Positions 59,735 to 64,000 of a DNA stretch of 64,000 nt are shown one piece after another. Both the position numbers and the translations under genes were made by a program. Location: the NCBI GenBank assembly GCA_963772455.1, contig CAVYXJ010000013.1:64001-128000 (forward strand), given 5' to 3'. The stretch is from Candidatus Bathyarchaeota archaeon. GTDB taxonomy: Archaea > Thermoproteota > Bathyarchaeia > Bathyarchaeales > Bathycorpusculaceae. A model generated the notes under the pieces. That model made no database searches and was not told the origin of the DNA. It saw only the letters and a program-made list of their open reading frames with translations. How positions within the stretch are numbered: position 1 is the stretch's first letter; every line of letters begins with the position of its first letter.

Positions 59735-61294
59735 ATGAAAGAAATAAAATCCGTTGTTTGTCCAATATGCGGCTGCTTATGTGATGATTTGGAAGTTACT
59801 GTGGAAAATAACGAAATTGTAAAAATGAAAAATGGCTGTGCTCAATGTGAAGCCAAAATGGTTCACGGGTACAAAAGCGATGAAAGAATTCTAAAACCAA
59901 TGATAAGAAAAGACGGCAAGTTAGTTCCTGTTTCCATGGATGAAGCCGTTCACAAAGCAGCTCAAATTCTCACCGACGCAAAGTATCCACTTCTATTCGG
60001 CTGGAGCAGCTCAACTAGCGAAGCGCAGCGAGTGGGTGTAGAATTAGCTGAAGAATTAGGCTCAGCATTAGATAACTGCTGCAGCGTTTGTCATGGACCA
60101 TCAGTTATGGCTGAACAAGAAATCGGTATCCCTTCATGTACTCTTGGACAAATTAGACACCGTGCAGACCTAGTAATTTACTGGGCATGCGACCCATGGG
60201 CTTCACACCCAAGACACCTTGAAAGATACACCAGTTTTACTGAAGGTCGCTTTGAAGGTAGCCAATGGAAAAATTACATGCAAAAGTTGAAGGGTGAGGC
60301 AAGCATGAAAAAGGTGGACGCTGCTTCAAAACTAATAACGGGCAGCACTATTCCTACTTTTCGTTCAAAGGCATGTGCTATCGATTCTCCCAACGCTCCA
60401 CCTCAAACAATGCAGAAAGATGGACGTAAATTAATTGTTGTTGACGTAAGAAAAACAATAACAGCAGAAGCAGCTGATTATTTCCTTCAGGTAGAACCAA
60501 ACAAAGATTATGAAATACTAGACTCCATGAGATGTTTAATAGCTGACCAAGAACTGGATGTTGACAAGGTTGGTGGTGTTCCAGTTGAATATCTTAAAGA
60601 AGTTACAGACGCAATGGTAAATTGCGATTTTGGCGTCATTTTCTTTGGTCTAGGCTTAACTCAAAGCGCAGGCAGATTCAGAAACATTGAAATAGCAATC
60701 GCAATGACACGTGACCTTAACAGAAAAACCAAGTTCGTTATTTCACCCATGCGTGGACATTTCAACGTGACTGGTGCAAACATAGTTTTCGCTTGGCAAA
60801 CAGGCTATCCATATGCACTTGATTTCTCACAAGGATATCCACAATACAACCCTGGAGAATTCACAGCAATTGATTTACTCAATCGCGGCGACAACGATGC
60901 GACCCTAGTTATTTCCTCAGATCCAGGTGCAAACTTCCCAAAGGGAGCAATGCAAAAAATGATGCAGCACCCGATAATCACAATCAACCCAGACATGAAC
61001 GCAATCTCAAGACTTGGCGATGTAGTGTTTCCAACTCAGTGGTGCGGAATAGAATACGAGGGAACCGCTTACCGCATGGATCTAGTACCAATAATGCTCC
61101 ATAAAGTTGTTGAGCCACCAAAAGGCATTCTAAACGACGAAGAACTATTAAAGAAAATACTAGACGAAGTTCGAGCAATCAAAGCTAAAAATCCAGAAAC
61201 AGAAACTAAAGCCGAACTCAAAGCACGCAACAAACTAGCACCCAGGATCGAAATTAAACAAAGAAAGAAAACAAAAAAAGCAGAGGTTGCTTAA
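59735..61294 (+). CDS. fwdB: Formylmethanofuran dehydrogenase subunit B (Cys form)
   Basis: CPICGCLCDD, SVCHGPS, HPRHLERY, PMRGHFNVTG, GTAYRMD. Confidence 0.94.
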   Translation: MKEIKSVVCPICGCLCDDLEVTVENNEIVKMKNGCAQCEAKMVHGYKSDERILKPMIRKDGKLVPVSMDEAVHKAAQILTDAKYPLLFGWSSSTSEAQRVGVELAEELGSALDNCCSVCHGPSVMAEQEIGIPSCTLGQIRHRADLVIYWACDPWASHPRHLERYTSFTEGRFEGSQWKNYMQKLKGEASMKKVDAASKLITGSTIPTFRSKACAIDSPNAPPQTMQKDGRKLIVVDVRKTITAEAADYFLQVEPNKDYEILDSMRCLIADQELDVDKVGGVPVEYLKEVTDAMVNCDFGVIFFGLGLTQSAGRFRNIEIAIAMTRDLNRKTKFVISPMRGHFNVTGANIVFAWQTGYPYALDFSQGYPQYNPGEFTAIDLLNRGDNDATLVISSDPGANFPKGAMQKMMQHPIITINPDMNAISRLGDVVFPTQWCGIEYEGTAYRMDLVPIMLHKVVEPPKGILNDEELLKKILDEVRAIKAKNPETETKAELKARNKLAPRIEIKQRKKTKKAEVA

Positions 61295-62992
61295 ATGACT
61301 GAACTACTAATAAAAAACGGCTTCGTCTTTGACCCTATTAACAAGATTAACGGGGAAAAAATGGACATAGCCATCAAAGACGGCAAAATCGTCCAAAAAG
61401 TCAAAAGCAAAGCCCAAGTAATTGATGCCTCAGGCTTGACTGTCATGCCGGGCGGCGTTGACATTCATACCCACATTGCAGGTGGGGAAGTTAACACCGG
61501 CAGAATAATTCGCCCAGATGACCATATAAAAGACGTGGAGCGCAAAACAGTCATGACTCGCAGCGGCACAGGCTACTCAATTCCCTCCACTTTTACAACT
61601 GGTTACCGTTATTCTCGTATGGGATATACAACCGTTATGAATCCATCAATGGCTCCACTCCAAGCTAAACATACCCATGAAGAATTAAATGACATACCAT
61701 TGCTAGACAAAGCTACTTACCCGCTTCTTGGCGACTGGTGGTTTGTTTTAGAAAACCTAGCAAAAGGCAAAATTGAAGAATGCGCTAAACATGTCGCTTG
61801 GATGCTAGATATAACCAAAGGGTACGCAATAAAAATAGTTAATCCCGGAGGCTTGGAATCTTGGGGTTTTGGACACAACGTCCACAGCATCGACGATCAA
61901 GTGCCTAACTTCTGCATTACCCCACGCGAAATCATAACAGGCTTAGCCAGAGTTAACGCTATGCTCAACCTGCCTCATTCTATACATCTTCACACCAACA
62001 ACCTTGGATTACCAGGCAACTACACAACTACCCTAGAATCAATGAAGGCACTAGAAAGTGTACCTTACAACGGTAAACCAGTTGGCCATATTACCCACTT
62101 GCAATTCGCTAGTTTTGCTGGCGATGGCTGGGCACACTTCCAATCAGCCTCAGAAGAAATCTCAAGTTACATCAACGCCCACAACCACTTGACTTTTGAC
62201 ATGGGACAAATAATATTCACAGACACAACAACTATGACTGCTGATGGACCCTTCGAATTTTCACTCTACGAGTTAGGCGGCCATAACAAATGGGTTAACA
62301 GCGACATTGAAACCGAAACCAGTGGAGGAATAATACCCTTCACATACAAGAAAAAAAGCCCAGTTAACGCTTTACAATGGTCCATCGGGTTAGAATTAGC
62401 CTTACTCATAAAAGACCCATGGAAAATGTTCATGTCGACCGACCACCCCAACGCTGGACCTTTCTTTGCCTACCCAAGAGTACTCGCTTGGCTCTACAGC
62501 AAGAAAGCACGCGAAATAACTCTGAAACACTGTCACAAGAAAGCTCAGAAAAAGAGTTTGCTTCCATCAATCGATCGTGAAATGTCACTATATGAAATAG
62601 CAATTATGACCCGTGCAGGACAAGCCAAAGCCTTGGGACTCACCAACAAGGGTCAACTCGGCGTAGGTGCAGACGCAGATGTTGCGATCTATAACATTAA
62701 CCCCGAAAAACTCGACATAGCTCAACAGTTCAAGGTTGCACGCAAAGCCTTCAAACACGCAACTTACACAATTAAAGATGGCACAATCGTCGTTAAAGAC
62801 GGCGAAGTAGTAAACAACCAAACGCCGGGTAGAACCATGTGGCTTGATGTGCAAACAAAGGATCCATGTGTGATTGACGATGAAATGAAACGCAAATTCA
62901 AACAATACTGGACAGTTGAATATGACAATTACCCAGTGTTCGAGCATTACCTCCATGTTCCACAGAAACTAACCGTAAAGGCAAGTGTCTAA
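61295..62992 (+). CDS. fwdA: Formylmethanofuran dehydrogenase subunit A
   Basis: GGVDIHTHIAG, KIVNPGG, HLHTNNLG, TTTMTADG, STDHPN. Confidence 0.96.
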   Translation: MTELLIKNGFVFDPINKINGEKMDIAIKDGKIVQKVKSKAQVIDASGLTVMPGGVDIHTHIAGGEVNTGRIIRPDDHIKDVERKTVMTRSGTGYSIPSTFTTGYRYSRMGYTTVMNPSMAPLQAKHTHEELNDIPLLDKATYPLLGDWWFVLENLAKGKIEECAKHVAWMLDITKGYAIKIVNPGGLESWGFGHNVHSIDDQVPNFCITPREIITGLARVNAMLNLPHSIHLHTNNLGLPGNYTTTLESMKALESVPYNGKPVGHITHLQFASFAGDGWAHFQSASEEISSYINAHNHLTFDMGQIIFTDTTTMTADGPFEFSLYELGGHNKWVNSDIETETSGGIIPFTYKKKSPVNALQWSIGLELALLIKDPWKMFMSTDHPNAGPFFAYPRVLAWLYSKKAREITLKHCHKKAQKKSLLPSIDREMSLYEIAIMTRAGQAKALGLTNKGQLGVGADADVAIYNINPEKLDIAQQFKVARKAFKHATYTIKDGTIVVKDGEVVNNQTPGRTMWLDVQTKDPCVIDDEMKRKFKQYWTVEYDNYPVFEHYLHVPQKLTVKASV

Positions 62993-63806
62993 AATGATAA
63001 TTCTAATACCAAAACGAAAATTTGAGGTTCCCGTTCAAGCAGCTTGCATTAGCCCAGATGTATTCAGGGGTAAAGATATTGCTGAAATAGCAAACATGCC
63101 TATAACCGAAGGAAATCGTAACTTAAAACTTGGCGACCTCTTCGAAATCCAAGAAGACAAACTTGAAACACCATTCATCACCATTAATGGCGATGTTAGC
63201 AAAGTCAAACGAATCGGTTCAGCAATGAAAACTGGTGAAATTCTCGTCAACGGTGATGTAGGAATGCATACAGGGGAAAAAATGTCTGGAGGCAAAATCA
63301 TAGTAAACGGTAACATTGGCGGTTGGTCGGGCAATGACATGAAAGGTGGTCTAATCGAAGTGCATGGAGATGCAGGCGACTACTTAGCTTCCCCATACCG
63401 TGGCACTAGTACAGGTATGAAAGGAGGCGTAATAATTGTTGACGGCAAAGTTGGAAGCGACTCAGGATGCTACTTGCACGGTGGCGTTCTCAAAATCAAG
63501 GGTGGAGCAGGTAGGTTCTTGGGTTACCATATGAGTGACGGGGTAATCTTGGTTGATAAGGCAGTTGATATTCGTCCTGGTGCATGTATGACTGGTGGCA
63601 AAATCGTTATCACAGGCACAGTTGACGAAGTAATGCCAACTTTCACGATCGACAGCGTTAAACCTAAAGTCAAAATTGACGATACAACATCAGCGGCGGG
63701 ACCATTCTATGTGTTCCTAGGTGACTTAGCTGAACATGGCACAGGCAAAATATTCGTTTCAAAAGCCAACAATCCACAAATGAAATTCTACGAAAAATAC
63801 CTTTGA
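62985..63806 (+). CDS. fwdC: Formylmethanofuran dehydrogenase subunit C
   Basis: GXGXG beta-helix repeats, YRG...GMKGG, GDLAEHGTG. Confidence 0.95.
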   Translation: MSKMIILIPKRKFEVPVQAACISPDVFRGKDIAEIANMPITEGNRNLKLGDLFEIQEDKLETPFITINGDVSKVKRIGSAMKTGEILVNGDVGMHTGEKMSGGKIIVNGNIGGWSGNDMKGGLIEVHGDAGDYLASPYRGTSTGMKGGVIIVDGKVGSDSGCYLHGGVLKIKGGAGRFLGYHMSDGVILVDKAVDIRPGACMTGGKIVITGTVDEVMPTFTIDSVKPKVKIDDTTSAAGPFYVFLGDLAEHGTGKIFVSKANNPQMKFYEKYL

Positions 63807-64000
63807 ATAGGCTACTAAAGAATTAGCCTTTTCTTTTATTTTACTTCATTTTCAAAGCCCAATTATCCCGATGAATTGATCAGTCAAGTGCTAACTTAGC
63901 CGAATGCCTTATGAAGTCGGCTAGATTCAAAACTCACTAAGCAGAGTGAATGTTATGCGCCAAGTTGACATGACTAGGCTTGACTTATCCACGGGAAAAG

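Noticed and set aside
59735-61294. Selenocysteine system suggested by the SelB-like gene plus FwdB
   Set aside because: FwdB has Cys (SVCHGP) with no in-frame TGA, and the SelB-like protein lacks a P-loop.

Overview
Archaeal chromosome segment, most likely Bathyarchaeia. This is inferred from the archaeal rpS12/rpS7/rpL12/EF-2, DUF1512, por and fwdDBAC genes, a PAS kinase and many NosD/PEF-CTERM-like surface proteins. Most of the window is housekeeping: translation genes, tRNA-Ala, tRNA-Trp (with intron), tRNA-Asn, a lone 5S rRNA, a P-type ATPase, POR and Fwd. The notable part is a ~15 kb island (11480-26577) integrated at tRNA-Ala(GGC) by an SSV-type split tyrosine integrase. It has an X-Y-X' layout. 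X and X' are two arrays of unrelated membrane-anchored surface-protein genes, each transcribed away from an integrase N-terminal half, as in integrons. Eight array junctions carry a conserved module with a GTMAA-N6-TTKAC palindrome (14 copies, mostly in 24-bp-spaced pairs), a promoter and DNA-level shared gene heads and tails. Each array ends in a conserved ~400 bp non-coding block that starts at a motif mimicking the tRNA-Ala anticodon-stem att core. Y holds the integrase C-terminal half, small element genes and a strongly structured ~175 nt segment. Together these suggest a cassette-type surface-protein diversification system on an integrative element. Several single-base frameshifts look like assembly errors.
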